IMG/VR virus record: IMGVR_UViG_3300032038_000001
Location: 64,001-128,000 of that record
Source of the DNA: a virus
Lineage: Duplodnaviria > Caudoviricetes
Reading direction: 5' to 3' (one strand)
DNA: 64,000 nucleotides
In this document: positions 1 through 9,852 of the stretch, in pieces
How positions within the stretch are numbered: position 1 is the stretch's first letter
How the letters are laid out: each line of letters starts with the position of its first letter
Notes under the pieces: generated by a model
Seen by the model: the letters and a program-made list of their open reading frames with translations, nothing else
Database searches by the model: none
Told to the model about the DNA's origin: nothing
Position numbers and translations under genes: made by a program

Positions 1-1
1 A

Positions 2-871
2 ATGATATCAAAATTCTTTTTAAAAGACCATCTACCTAAAAAGGTAAAACTCATTTTAATAGACGAAGGTTCTATGGTAGATGAAAAAATAGCTAAGGAT
101 ATTGAAAGTTTTGGTTTACCAATTATTGTTTTAGGTGACTTAAATCAGTTACCACCTGTGTACGGTAATCCATATTTTTTACAAAATCCTGATTATGAAT
201 TAACACAAATAATGAGACAAGCAGAAGATGACCCCATAGTAAGACTTGCTGATGATATTTTGAACGGTAAAGAACTACATCCTGGTATATATGGAAATTC
301 AGCAGTAATAAACAGAAGCGATATTAATATTAATTATTTTACTAAATCTGATATAATTCTTTGTGGTACTAATAAAACAAGATTTAATATTAATAATTTT
401 TGTCGTTCTGATATAAAAAAAATAATCAAATTGGAATACCCTCACATTGGTGAAAAAGTTATTTGCAGAAAGAATAATTGGGATAAATGTATTGATGACA
501 CATTATATATGACCAATGGTACAACAGGGTATGTTGAGAATATATATAGGGATAGTTTTAATGGTAAAACTATGTGTATGGATTTCCGTCCAGACTTTTC
601 TAAAAAGTGTTTTAAAAATGTTACATTTAGCTATAAGCATATGTATGAAATTCCAGGAACACAAAATGATGAAGACTCATTTATTGATAAATTTAATGAT
701 AAAATGGAGTACGCATATGCTATTACTGTTCATAGCTCCCAAGGTAGTCAATGGGATAAAGTTTTATATTTTATGGAAAATATGATGAGAACAGAACTTG
801 ATAGAAGACGACTAAATTATACAGCTATAACAAGAGCTGCTAAACAGATAGTAATTGTGTTGAACAGGTAA
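2..871 (+). CDS. SF1 helicase, RecD/Dda-like (5' end probably outside window)
   Basis: Motifs DEGSMV, GDLNQLPPV, QIMRQ, YAITVHSSQGSQW and YTAITRA are present. Walker A is absent, so the gene is 5'-truncated. Confidence 0.9.
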   Translation: MISKFFLKDHLPKKVKLILIDEGSMVDEKIAKDIESFGLPIIVLGDLNQLPPVYGNPYFLQNPDYELTQIMRQAEDDPIVRLADDILNGKELHPGIYGNSAVINRSDININYFTKSDIILCGTNKTRFNINNFCRSDIKKIIKLEYPHIGEKVICRKNNWDKCIDDTLYMTNGTTGYVENIYRDSFNGKTMCMDFRPDFSKKCFKNVTFSYKHMYEIPGTQNDEDSFIDKFNDKMEYAYAITVHSSQGSQWDKVLYFMENMMRTELDRRRLNYTAITRAAKQIVIVLNR

Positions 872-876
872 ATATT

Positions 877-886
877 TATATATTAT
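877..886 (+). promoter_or_regulatory. early-type phage promoter motif TATATATTAT
   Basis: The same motif recurs upstream of genes at 3287, 4458, 10696, 15237, 27710, 33318, 38664, 39365 (+) and 26064, 27504, 51279 (-). Confidence 0.6.
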
Positions 887-898
887 TTTTGTAAAGGA

Positions 899-1240
899 GT
901 GATAAATATGGCATCATCAAGGAATGTCTACCAGCAGAAAACAGTTGTTTCAGTACCTAAACAAGAACTGATGGAAAATGTAGTTCTTAATACAAATTTA
1001 GGTAAGAAAGAACTAAGAATCGTCTTGTTTCTTCTTACGGAACTAGATGGTTGGTCAGAACCAATAAACGGTGGTTCTGACCCAAAAAACTTTAAAGTCA
1101 TAGATTTCAAGAGGATTGCAAAAACTCTTGATATGGACACAAAAGATGTTAAAAAATCTATAAAGAGTCTGGTACGTGAATGGATTATCGAACAAGGTAA
1201 CAGTAATTCTGGTACTGATGGTTATAGATTTAGATTTTAA
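899..1240 (+). CDS. winged-helix DNA-binding protein (putative)
   Basis: The segment DFKRIAKTLDMDTKDVKKSIKSLVREWIIEQG has an HTH-wing pattern. RBS AAGGAG; start is 899 or 908. Confidence 0.55.
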   Translation: MINMASSRNVYQQKTVVSVPKQELMENVVLNTNLGKKELRIVLFLLTELDGWSEPINGGSDPKNFKVIDFKRIAKTLDMDTKDVKKSIKSLVREWIIEQGNSNSGTDGYRFRF

Positions 1241-1248
1241 AAAAAGGA

Positions 1249-1701
1249 GTGATTAAAAAAATGAATGAGCCGCCATCTAAAAAAATTATGCTTTTTGGTT
1301 CAAGAAGTATAAACTTCTTAACAGACGAAGTAAAAGCAATTTTATTCGCACATATGTATCGTGGAGATCACATATTAATAGGTGACTGTATTGGTGCTGA
1401 TTACAGTGTTCAAAAGTTTTTGTTTGAACGTAATTACCCTTTCGTCACGGTATATACCAGCGGTCATATGCCTAGACATATAGCTAACGAGCATTGGTCT
1501 GTGAAGGCTGCCAAAGTCAAGCTTGAGGATTATGAGTCCGAGAGCGAATACTACAAAGTAAAAGATATGTTAATGGTATCAGATTGCGATGAAGCAATTG
1601 CAATATGGAACGGGGAATCCCGCGCTAGTAAAAATAATATAGATACATTAATTGCTTTGAATAAAAGTAACATTGTATTTATATATCCACAGTTGGTTTA
1701 A
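1249..1701 (+). CDS. SLOG-superfamily (DprA/YspA-like) nucleotide-binding protein
   Basis: IMLFGSRS, GDCIGAD and MVSDCDEAIAIWNGESRAS match SLOG-type motifs. Confidence 0.65.
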   Translation: MIKKMNEPPSKKIMLFGSRSINFLTDEVKAILFAHMYRGDHILIGDCIGADYSVQKFLFERNYPFVTVYTSGHMPRHIANEHWSVKAAKVKLEDYESESEYYKVKDMLMVSDCDEAIAIWNGESRASKNNIDTLIALNKSNIVFIYPQLV

Positions 1702-1726
1702 TAATTAAACAGAAAGGAAAATAGAT

Positions 1727-2139
1727 ATGTATAAAACTTTTAATTTTAAAAATGAAACAGAAGAGAAGAAGCTCTCGTTCATGTTGTAGATAATACAGTA
1801 CGAACTGTATTTTATGATAAAAACAATAAACCATATAATGTGGGAATAATCATCCCTCATGAAGAGTTTTTTAATGCAGAGATGACTTTTGCTTATGAAC
1901 AGCAGCCTGAACTGGACTTTATTATCGGGCTTGGTCCGAGAAAAAGAACAATCTCATTGAGGACTTCTAAACCCGATGTGAATGTTGGGATTATAGCAAA
2001 AGAAACATTTGGTGGGGGTGGTCATGCTGCTGCTGCAGGTGGACGGCCTGGTCATCCGTTATTCGTTAAACTAATAACTGAATATTATGACGGAATGGAT
2101 GGTAAAGTCATTCCTCCAATATATTCATCAGTTGAGTAA
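1727..2139 (+). pseudogene. DHHA1-domain protein, frameshifted near 1756-1787
   Basis: The C-terminal ISLRT...FGGGGHAAAAG is the DHHA1 signature. RBS GAAAGGAA and the ATG at 1727 are one base out of frame with the 1840-2139 ORF. Confidence 0.55.
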
Positions 2140-2145
2140 AAAAAA

Positions 2146-2691
2146 ATGAAAATATATTTGTTTTATAAAATAGGAGACGATGTAGGCATATATAACAAAC
2201 CAGTTATATATGCCTACACATCTCATAAAGAACTAGCCAAAAAATTTTGCCAAATGAGAAATATGGATTTATTCCTTGAAAAAATTGAGAATATATCCAA
2301 AAATGAGTATAACGCCTATACTCAAAGTTTACACAGTCGTGGTAAAGAACTGATAGAAACAACTCTTATTACTAACGGTGATTCTTATAATGATATAAGA
2401 AGAATTCCGATGGTTATCACACAACACGAAGAAGAGGTTGTTTGTTTAAGAACAGATGATGTGTATGCTGAGATAGGTAAACATACTAATTTTTGGTCAG
2501 GGTATTTTAATGATGAATTAAAGGATGCCCTCGATAAATTATACTATTTCGATTTAATGGCATTTTCATCTTCAATGGAACTATCGCTTGTTTCATTTTA
2601 TGATGAAAACAAACCGTTAAAACCATGTATCGAAATTGATCAATTGCAATATTTCATTTTTCATTTCGGTAATACAATGAAAGTTAAGTAA
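2146..2691 (+). CDS. hypothetical protein
   Basis: 181-aa ORF followed by a terminator. Confidence 0.75.
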   Translation: MKIYLFYKIGDDVGIYNKPVIYAYTSHKELAKKFCQMRNMDLFLEKIENISKNEYNAYTQSLHSRGKELIETTLITNGDSYNDIRRIPMVITQHEEEVVCLRTDDVYAEIGKHTNFWSGYFNDELKDALDKLYYFDLMAFSSSMELSLVSFYDENKPLKPCIEIDQLQYFIFHFGNTMKVK

Positions 2692-2700
2692 TTTTAATTT

Positions 2701-2737
2701 GAGGGGTGATTATAGATTTTCACCCCTCTTTTTTATT
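2701..2737 (+). terminator. intrinsic terminator
   Basis: GAGGGGTGA/TCACCCCTC stem followed by a T-tract. Confidence 0.75.
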
Positions 2738-2754
2738 GAAAGGATGATAAATAA

Positions 2755-3246
2755 ATGGGAAATATATTATCTAAAATTAATTCATCGGATGTAATTAACC
2801 CCTTTTCAAAAAATAATGAAAAAAATGCAGCAAAAGTTATAAATAGTGATCCAATTGCACAATCTAATATTATTAATGAAACTGGAACAGCAAGTAAACT
2901 ATTAAAGACTGTTGCGGATGGTCAGGTAATTAAATCGGCAATAAATGCTGGGCTATCTAATCCAGATATTCCTGTTGTAAAGGAATATGGAATACATGAA
3001 AATAGTGAATGTAAAGAAGATGATGCTATATTTATAGATTCACGAGATGACAACAATTTATATCATATAATTGCTGATAATAGTGCAGAAATATGGAAAT
3101 ACGATCCTCTTAAAACACATGGAAATATACGTGATGATGATGAATTCGTGAAATGCTGCGTAGAATATCTAAAAGAATTGAATACAGATGAACAGGAACG
3201 TATACTACGTAGAATACAACAAGAATTAGATAGAGATAACAAATGA
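2755..3246 (+). CDS. hypothetical protein
   Basis: 163-aa ORF with RBS GAAAGGA. Confidence 0.75.
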   Translation: MGNILSKINSSDVINPFSKNNEKNAAKVINSDPIAQSNIINETGTASKLLKTVADGQVIKSAINAGLSNPDIPVVKEYGIHENSECKEDDAIFIDSRDDNNLYHIIADNSAEIWKYDPLKTHGNIRDDDEFVKCCVEYLKELNTDEQERILRRIQQELDRDNK

Positions 3247-3303
3247 TAATATCTATATCAATATACGTATATTAAAAAGATAAATATATATATTATTTTT
3301 AAT

Positions 3304-3432
3304 GTAATATATAGGTGAGTAAAAACATCTATATGTTATAAAGAAAACATATACGGTTCTTTACCACATGTCAAGTGGATTTCATTACCCGTAGTCAAAA
3401 GAAATGAAAAAAGTACATAGGAGGTACTTAAA
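3304..3432 (+). ncRNA. structured 5' leader, copy D (5' hairpin + pseudoknot + SD-loop hairpin)
   Basis: Pairings: GTAATATATAGGTG/CATCTATATGTTAT; TACGG/CCGTA; CCAC/GTGG; TTTCATT/AATGAAA; AAGTAC/GTACTT around ATAGGAG. The GTCAA linker is present. Architecture matches 25886, 27322 and 39381. Confidence 0.65.
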
Positions 3433-4368
3433 ATGGAAGTAAAAGTAACAAAAATAGTAAGAGGGTCAATTTTCACAGTCGATGACCACAACCCGACCGG
3501 CGATATCCCATCACACAATTATATCGTCATAAACATGGGTGCTGACAGCATACCATGTGCTAAAGTAATGTGTATGGGGATAACCTCATGCCGGAACGCA
3601 TCACCGACAAATATTTTTCATGACATGATGCCTATAGTCATGAGTAATGGCTATAAATGTTATGTCGATACAACGAAAGTTTACTTCTTTAGACCCCAGG
3701 AGGTAAACTTAAATAGATTTAAGGGCAGTATTGATCTATTGATAGTAGAAAAGCTGTTAAAAGTTTTTCTAATACGGGTGGGTCTACTGCCTTTAGAGGA
3801 GTATTCAGTATTAAAGAAGGAACTGGGGTTGATAGATATATCGACCCCACAGAAGAACAAGTCTCCTCTAACTTCTGTAGATGAGGAAGACACGGTTTCT
3901 GTAACTTCTTCCTCATCTACAGAATCTTCTAAGATTTCTTCATCTGATAAAGATGAAAAGAAAGTCAAAGAAGAAAGTAAAAAGGATGAAATAGCAACAC
4001 CATGGTACCCACGGTTGATAGCTGAGTATACAGACGAGCAGCTCGAAAGAGCTCTTGTCATACTGAAATCTGGCGACGCCGAATGGTGTGCCAGAGAGAT
4101 GCGTTGCAACAGTCACAGCGCAGTAAAACATAAATTAAAGAGGATTACTGAGGAGATTAATCTAAGAACTCCTCAAAAATTCTCTGAAAAATTCCAGAAA
4201 TTCGGCTCAAAACCGGAATTCTGGGAAAAAAGTGACTTAGAGCGCTTCTCTAAGCTCTTTACAAGTGACAGAGAACAACTCGAAGTCGAAAGTGGTCAAA
4301 AGACCACACAGTTGTTCAAAATATTTGATACAGTCAAAAAGGAATTGAAAAGGAGGGGAATAAGATAA
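3433..4368 (+). CDS. protein with N-terminal PemK/MazF-like domain, Ser/Glu-rich linker and helical C-terminus
   Basis: RGSIFTVD..P.G....HNYIVI....VMCMGITS resembles the PemK pattern RGDI.WVD..P..G.E..K.RP.LV.....V.VAPITS. Confidence 0.5.
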   Translation: MEVKVTKIVRGSIFTVDDHNPTGDIPSHNYIVINMGADSIPCAKVMCMGITSCRNASPTNIFHDMMPIVMSNGYKCYVDTTKVYFFRPQEVNLNRFKGSIDLLIVEKLLKVFLIRVGLLPLEEYSVLKKELGLIDISTPQKNKSPLTSVDEEDTVSVTSSSSTESSKISSSDKDEKKVKEESKKDEIATPWYPRLIAEYTDEQLERALVILKSGDAEWCAREMRCNSHSAVKHKLKRITEEINLRTPQKFSEKFQKFGSKPEFWEKSDLERFSKLFTSDREQLEVESGQKTTQLFKIFDTVKKELKRRGIR

Positions 4369-4371
4369 TAT

Positions 4372-4419
4372 AAAAATAAAAGATGGATGATTTATAAATC
4401 ATCCATCTTTTATTTTTTT
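4372..4419 (+). terminator. bidirectional-type intrinsic terminator
   Basis: AAAAGATGGATGATTT/AAATCATCCATCTTTT flanked by A and T tracts. Confidence 0.75.
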
Positions 4420-4457
4420 ATATTTTTTACCACACATCAATAAAATGTTGATTTGGT

Positions 4458-4474
4458 TATATATTATTTTTTTG
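4458..4474 (+). promoter_or_regulatory. early-type promoter TATATATTAT-N6-G for non-virion RNAP beta-C
   Basis: Exact motif, with RBS GAAAGGAA and ATG 4511 downstream. Confidence 0.65.
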
Positions 4475-4510
4475 CATAAATTGATTAAACATGAAAGGAA
4501 GATAAAAATT

Positions 4511-6303
4511 ATGCCAGAAGTACAAAAGTATTCATTAACAGACGAATTACAGAAAGCAAACGAAAAGTATCAGGGATCTGCGGCATTACTTGGTATGTCG
4601 GTTTTAACAACTCCCGGATATATAAATTCGATGCGTTCAGTAATGTTTACTGCTCACCTTAAGCAGTTCTTGAATCTTCAGAATCCTGAGTTTCCTTTTG
4701 TTTTCACCAATGCTGAAAATGTTGTAGGAAGACATAGTTCTGGATATAAGAAAGCAAAAAATAAGTTGAAAGTGTACAGAAAGGTAGCCAAATACGATGA
4801 GATATTGGATACACCCAATATCTATAAGCTGTTTGTATTCGATACTGAAAAGAAGTGTTATGATGTTATTACACGTAAATCTGTTGAAGATTTAACAGAA
4901 CATTTCGGTTTTGAATACAACAACGATGTTATTGACTCGTTTGACGAGGGTGATACAATTAATAAAGGCACAGTACTTTATAAGTCAACATCGTATGATG
5001 AAGACATGAACTATGCATATGGTAAGAATGTTACTATGATGTATACTCTTGACCCTTACACATCAGAAGATGCTGCTGTTGTAAGTAGAAGTCTTGCTGA
5101 ATCAATGACATCTATTGAAACAGAAGTAATCAGTATCGGTCTTAATGATAATGATTACTTTGTTAATTTACAAGGAGAAAAATATTCTCTTATTCCCGGA
5201 AAGAAAGGAAAGTATAAACCTCTTCCTGATATAGGAGAAGTTGTTAGTGGTCATCTTGCCGCAATAAGACGTCAGTTTAATAATCAGCTGTTATTCGATT
5301 TTAATGCTGACAGTCTTAATCAGATTCATGAGGGTGACCTTGTTTATTATATTGGTAATGGTAATGAAGTAATTGACTATACAATATATAATAACAATGA
5401 GAATATTGTTGATAATGCTTTTACAGAGCAGATTAATAAATATCTCAACGGACAGAATAAGTATTATCAGGAAATTCTTGAAGCATGTGAAGAGATAATA
5501 AAATCGGGATTTGAATATAGTCGTGAAATAGATTATCTCTATAAACGTGCAAAAGATATGCTTGATAGTAAGAAAAAGTGGCGAGAAGGCGAGAATGCGT
5601 TTTCTAACATGGTAATCGAAATACAAGTTAAGAAAGTTGTTCCTCTTGCTAAAGGGCAGAAAATAACCGGTCGTTATGGAAACAAATCAGTTATTTCGGA
5701 AATACGAGAAGATGAAGATATGCCGTTTACTGAAGATGGTAGACGAGTTGATTTACTTCTCAATTTGTTAGCGTTGATAAATCGTACAACATCATTTCCA
5801 ATGTACGAAATCATATCAACATCTATTGCATACAAGGTACGTAATAGAATGAAGGAGTTAACCACTTATAATGAAAAAGAAGAACTTCTTTTTGATTTCA
5901 TCAAACAGTACAATGAAGTTGAATATGAAAGGATGTGGAAACTTTATTGTGATATGAGTGCTGATGAAAAGAAAGATTTTATAGATGATGCTATAGAAAC
6001 TGGAATTTATCTTCATCAGCCACCTCTGTGGGAAACAAAACCTATTTTCCATAGAATACAAGGTATACTTCAAAAGTATGATTGGCTTAAACCAGATAAT
6101 GTCTATATCAATAAATGGGGTCGTAAGATGAAGATTCTTAATAATTATTGGATAGGCGATATGTATGTTCTTAAACTCAAGCAGACTGATAGAAAAGGAT
6201 TTATAGTACGAAGCACTGGTGCAATAGATACCAAAGGTCTTCCTACTAAAAGTTATAAGTCAAGATCACACCTTGAGCAGTATTCCGGTAACGCGATCCG
6301 CTT
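4511..6303 (+). CDS. rpoB: non-virion RNA polymerase beta subunit, C-terminal half, exon 1
   Basis: Motifs SEDAAVVS, GQKITGRYGNKSVIS, VDLLLN and GDMYVLKLKQ; exon ends at NAIRF. Spliced to 7496 it gives RFGEFE (cf. RFGEME) and a 749-aa product. Confidence 0.9.
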
Positions 6304-6433
6304 TAACTACACCAGAGCGGAAATACTAGTAATAGTATTTAGTAAAACTCTTTTAATTGCTGGGAAATCTCTCTGAGACAATCAGCAGCGAAGTTAAAAT
6401 ACTCTAAAAACTCTTTTATTATTTAAATAATAT

Positions 6434-6445
6434 AACAGAATTATA
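6434..6445 (+). promoter_or_regulatory. late-type promoter AACA-N6-TA for intron endonuclease
   Basis: AACA GAATTA TA lies upstream of RBS GGAG and ATG 6473. Confidence 0.5.
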
Positions 6446-6472
6446 AAAATATAATAATGGAGTTGATTATAT

Positions 6473-7273
6473 ATGACGGATATTAATTTAGATGAAAATC
6501 GAAATTATAATGAAGAGATATGGCACAAAATAATATATGATGATTTAAAAGGGAACTATTCAGTTAGTAATATGGGTAGAGTTAGAAATGACACTACTGA
6601 AAAGGTTTTAAAACCATGGGTTACTAATAAAGGATATTTAGCTATATACTTACCAGCAAAGAAAAACACTGGAAAAAAAGTATGTAGATTTACTATTCAT
6701 TGGTTGGTCTTAGCTATGTTTACTGATGAACATGAAAAAATATACGATTCTAGATGGATAGTAAATCATAAAGATGGTATTAAACACCATAGCTATTTAT
6801 CAAATTTAGAATGGGTCACTTATAGTGGAAATTATAATCATGCAATTGAAAACGGACTATGTAATAATTATGGAGATGAAACAAAAAATTCATCACATAC
6901 TTCAGAAGAAGTAAGAAAAATTGCAGAATTATTAGTTCTTGATAAATCATACCAAGAAATTATTGAAATTATGGGATATGAAAATAATTTTAATACACGA
7001 AATTTTCTCAGTAGTATTGGAACAAGAACTAAGTGGAAGAATATAACAAAAGATTATAATTTTAAAACACATACGAAATCAACTATATATAAATATTCCG
7101 AAAAAACTATTCATAAAATATGCAAATGTATAGAAGACGGTTATAGGAATTATGAAATAATTAATGAGCTTCATATAACAGATAAAAAAGAAGCTAAAAA
7201 ATATTTATCTCTCATTTATAGAATTAAAAAGCATACAGCTTTTAAAGAAATATCTAAAAAATATAATATGTGA
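6473..7273 (+). CDS. NUMOD4/HNH homing endonuclease (intron-encoded)
   Basis: EIWHKI..NYSVSNMGRVRN (NUMOD4), HWLV and VNHKDG...NLEWVT (HNH). The ORF is looped out by AAAATACTC/GAGTATTTT. Confidence 0.92.
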   Translation: MTDINLDENRNYNEEIWHKIIYDDLKGNYSVSNMGRVRNDTTEKVLKPWVTNKGYLAIYLPAKKNTGKKVCRFTIHWLVLAMFTDEHEKIYDSRWIVNHKDGIKHHSYLSNLEWVTYSGNYNHAIENGLCNNYGDETKNSSHTSEEVRKIAELLVLDKSYQEIIEIMGYENNFNTRNFLSSIGTRTKWKNITKDYNFKTHTKSTIYKYSEKTIHKICKCIEDGYRNYEIINELHITDKKEAKKYLSLIYRIKKHTAFKEISKKYNM

Positions 7274-7495
7274 GTATTTTAAAACGTTCAACGACTATCG
7301 AAAGGGTAGTTATAAGAGAAATCTTATAATGAGTAACTGAGTAGAGTAGTGCCTTTATAGGTTAGTATTATAGTGAGATTAGCTGTAAGTAAATCTATTA
7401 AAACGAAACGGAGAGCTCCTGTATTATGGTAACAATAATATGGGATGATGATATAGTCTAATCTTTATAGCGATATAAAGTAGTAGTAAAAAATG

Positions 7496-7952
7496 TGGTG
7501 AATTTGAGACTCTTAACTTCACAATAGGAATACTTCCTGATGATATAGCGTTATTCAATGCTATGTATAGAACATCAATTAAGGGAAGAAAAGACCTTGT
7601 GAAGTTACTATTCCAGCCATCTGATGGAGATTCTATACAGAAAATTGATTCATCATATACATCTCGTGTTGCTGAGATATTTAATGTATATCTTAAGTCT
7701 CTCTCTATTGATTTAGAGTTTGTAGATGAAGATAATGTTATTTATTCATATGATGATACAACTCTGACTAATCATGAACTTAATGGAGTTGAGTATTTTT
7801 GTACAGATTATCAGTTCCTTCTTATTAAAAGAAGAGCTGAAATACGTGAAGAAATTCTTTCAGAGAATGCCATGTTGGCTGAAGAAGAATTGGAAAGAAT
7901 GATTGACGAGGAACTTAAGAGACGGAACTATCTTACTGGTTCTGTAGATTAA
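7496..7952 (+). CDS. rpoB: non-virion RNA polymerase beta C-terminal half, exon 2
   Basis: GEFETLNFTIG...AMYRTS...IFNVYLKSLSIDLEF resembles the beta C-terminus FNVL..EL.SLG. Confidence 0.88.
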
Positions 7953-7959
7953 AATAATA

Positions 7960-8004
7960 ATACACATGAGTGATAAATTAAAAAATCACTCATGTGTATT
8001 TTAT
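7960..8004 (+). terminator. intrinsic terminator
   Basis: TACACATGAGTGAT/ATCACTCATGTGTA followed by a T-tract. Confidence 0.75.
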
Positions 8005-8028
8005 TAATATTTACTTGGAGGTAAAAAA

Positions 8029-8685
8029 ATGACTAATAGTGAATTATATACAAAAATAAAAGAAAAAACTAATACTCCTTTACTGTTTGCCGAGATGGAA
8101 ATGTTGAGTAATGTTATAAGACGTGAGAGTGTGGACACTCTCATAAAAATCTTTAAAAATTCCCCATATTATTTTGATAGTATTGAAAGTCTATGCGATA
8201 TAATAATTTTCAAAAAAGAATGGACTGAATTATACGAAAAGATATTAAACTTAAAAAAAATTGATGATAATTCAGACGATATAAACAGACTGACTAATGA
8301 GTTGTATGACTTAGAGAAAAAATATACTCCTTTACACTCAGCATTAATATCGGCTATAAGTAATGTTAACGAATATGTAGATAAGATTGACGAAAATCTT
8401 TTATCTAGTATATTATATTCCATTTGCTTTGAATATGCTATTTCGGGTAATTATACACATTTTCTTTCCTGTAATATTCATCACTACAAGGATAATACGT
8501 ATATCAGTACTAGATTTAAATGTAATCTTGTAAATGAATTTGATCATTTACACATGATTAAACTTATTAAAAAAGTAAATAAATTTTTAGGTAATGAATA
8601 TGAATTTGATAATAAGTATATTAAATATACTATTATTGACGGTTATTTTAGATTAACAATAAGAATACCGGATTCAGTCGGTTAA
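8029..8685 (+). CDS. hypothetical protein
   Basis: 218-aa ORF with RBS GGAGG. Confidence 0.75.
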   Translation: MTNSELYTKIKEKTNTPLLFAEMEMLSNVIRRESVDTLIKIFKNSPYYFDSIESLCDIIIFKKEWTELYEKILNLKKIDDNSDDINRLTNELYDLEKKYTPLHSALISAISNVNEYVDKIDENLLSSILYSICFEYAISGNYTHFLSCNIHHYKDNTYISTRFKCNLVNEFDHLHMIKLIKKVNKFLGNEYEFDNKYIKYTIIDGYFRLTIRIPDSVG

Positions 8686-8718
8686 GAGAGTTTTCCTTTT
8701 CAAATATAGGGAACATAG

Positions 8719-8762
8719 AAAAGAAGAGAGTGATGATATATCATCACTCTCTTCTTTTTTTT
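8719..8762. terminator. bidirectional terminator between convergent genes
   Basis: AAGAAGAGAGTGATGA/TCATCACTCTCTTCTT. Confidence 0.75.
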
Positions 8763-9253
8763 TATATTTTTCTTATTGTTGGTTTAAGACCTTGACCAGC
8801 ATAGAGCTTTTTAAATCCAATTGCATCAGATTCAGAAAGGAATGTCTGTCCGAGTATATCTTTTCCATCATATTCATAACTTACATTTAGAGCTCTAAGC
8901 CTATTTGTTATCTTAGCTAACTGAAGAGGTGACGCATTTACTGCAAATACCAGCTGATACCTTTCAGTTTTATGTGTAATAGTTCTACTATTATGAGCTC
9001 TTTTAGATACAGGCTTCTTGGTTTCTGAAATAGATGGAGATGAAACAGTATTTTCAATAACTGGTTCTTCCTTATTGTTGTTATCCATTACAGTCTGTAC
9101 CTGATAATCAGATTCTTCATTAACTGATAAAGGAACATTTTCAAATGAAATTTCATTAGTTTCAGTCACATCATTTACAACTTCATTATCAATGATATTA
9201 TCTGGAGCTTTATATAAATTTTGTGACTTATTATTTCTATTTTTCTTAGCCAT
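8762..9253 (-). CDS. hypothetical protein, disordered N-terminus and possible SPOR-like C-terminal domain
   Basis: RBS AAGGAGG. The C-terminal pattern YQLVF..........L......Y...LGQTFLSESDA......GLKPTI loosely resembles SPOR. Confidence 0.6.
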   Translation of the reverse strand: MAKKNRNNKSQNLYKAPDNIIDNEVVNDVTETNEISFENVPLSVNEESDYQVQTVMDNNNKEEPVIENTVSSPSISETKKPVSKRAHNSRTITHKTERYQLVFAVNASPLQLAKITNRLRALNVSYEYDGKDILGQTFLSESDAIGFKKLYAGQGLKPTIRKI

Positions 9254-9377
9254 AAGAAATCCTCCTTTTATAAAATGTTTATTATATTGTGGGTATTTTT
9301 TATATTTATTACATCATATTCTCATTTTTTATAATGACAAATATTTAAGTATTTTTTTTTTGAAAGATGGTGAGTAT

Positions 9378-9815
9378 ATGAGAGAATTTGCACGTTCTGA
9401 ACATATGAGAGAAAAATGTCATTATTGTGGTTGTAAGAATAAACTTTATACTGATATTATTGATAAACAAACTGGTAAAATTGCTGGTCACACGCTTAGA
9501 TGCTGTGCCTGCGGAAGAATAGTAACGTTCATTGACCCTAATTATTATGGTATAACAGAAAAATCTAATATTCCAATAATTGACTTTATGAATGGTAAGT
9601 TTATTGCTGGAAAGCAGAAATGTATATTTGAACAATATTGTCCCCATAAAAACTGCGGACTTTACGGTTCAAGACCTCCTCATAAAACAAATCCTGATTC
9701 TGATAAACATACTAAATGCGATTGTAATTGTGAGTGTTGTGAGAACACTGGCTGTGAATTTCAATATCTTAATAAACTACATATTAAAGCTTCAAATGGA
9801 CCACGTTTTAAGTGA
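9378..9815 (+). CDS. Cys-rich putative Zn-binding protein
   Basis: Motifs CHYCGC, CCACG, CxxxxxCPxxxC and CDCNCECC. Likely start is ATG 9378 after GGTGAG. Confidence 0.7.
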   Translation: MREFARSEHMREKCHYCGCKNKLYTDIIDKQTGKIAGHTLRCCACGRIVTFIDPNYYGITEKSNIPIIDFMNGKFIAGKQKCIFEQYCPHKNCGLYGSRPPHKTNPDSDKHTKCDCNCECCENTGCEFQYLNKLHIKASNGPRFK

Positions 9816-9852
9816 TTAAAAAAATATTTAAGAAAGGTAAGTGTGATCCATA

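Larger units (their letters stand above)
6304..7495 (+). mobile_element. group I intron (IA2-like) with HNH homing endonuclease
   Basis: P1 CCGCTTT/AGAGCGG with U-G at 6303; P10 CACCA pairs exon TGGTG; core motifs AATTGCTGGGAA, AATCAGCAG, TTCAACGACTA and GATATAGTCT; terminal G at 7495. Splicing restores the reading frame. Confidence 0.92.

Noticed and set aside
6304-6376. C-terminal NYTRAEILVIVFSKTLLIAGKSL of ORF 4445-6376, and ORF 7563-7952 as a separate gene
   Set aside because: The tail is read-through into the intron, and 7563-7952 is part of exon 2.
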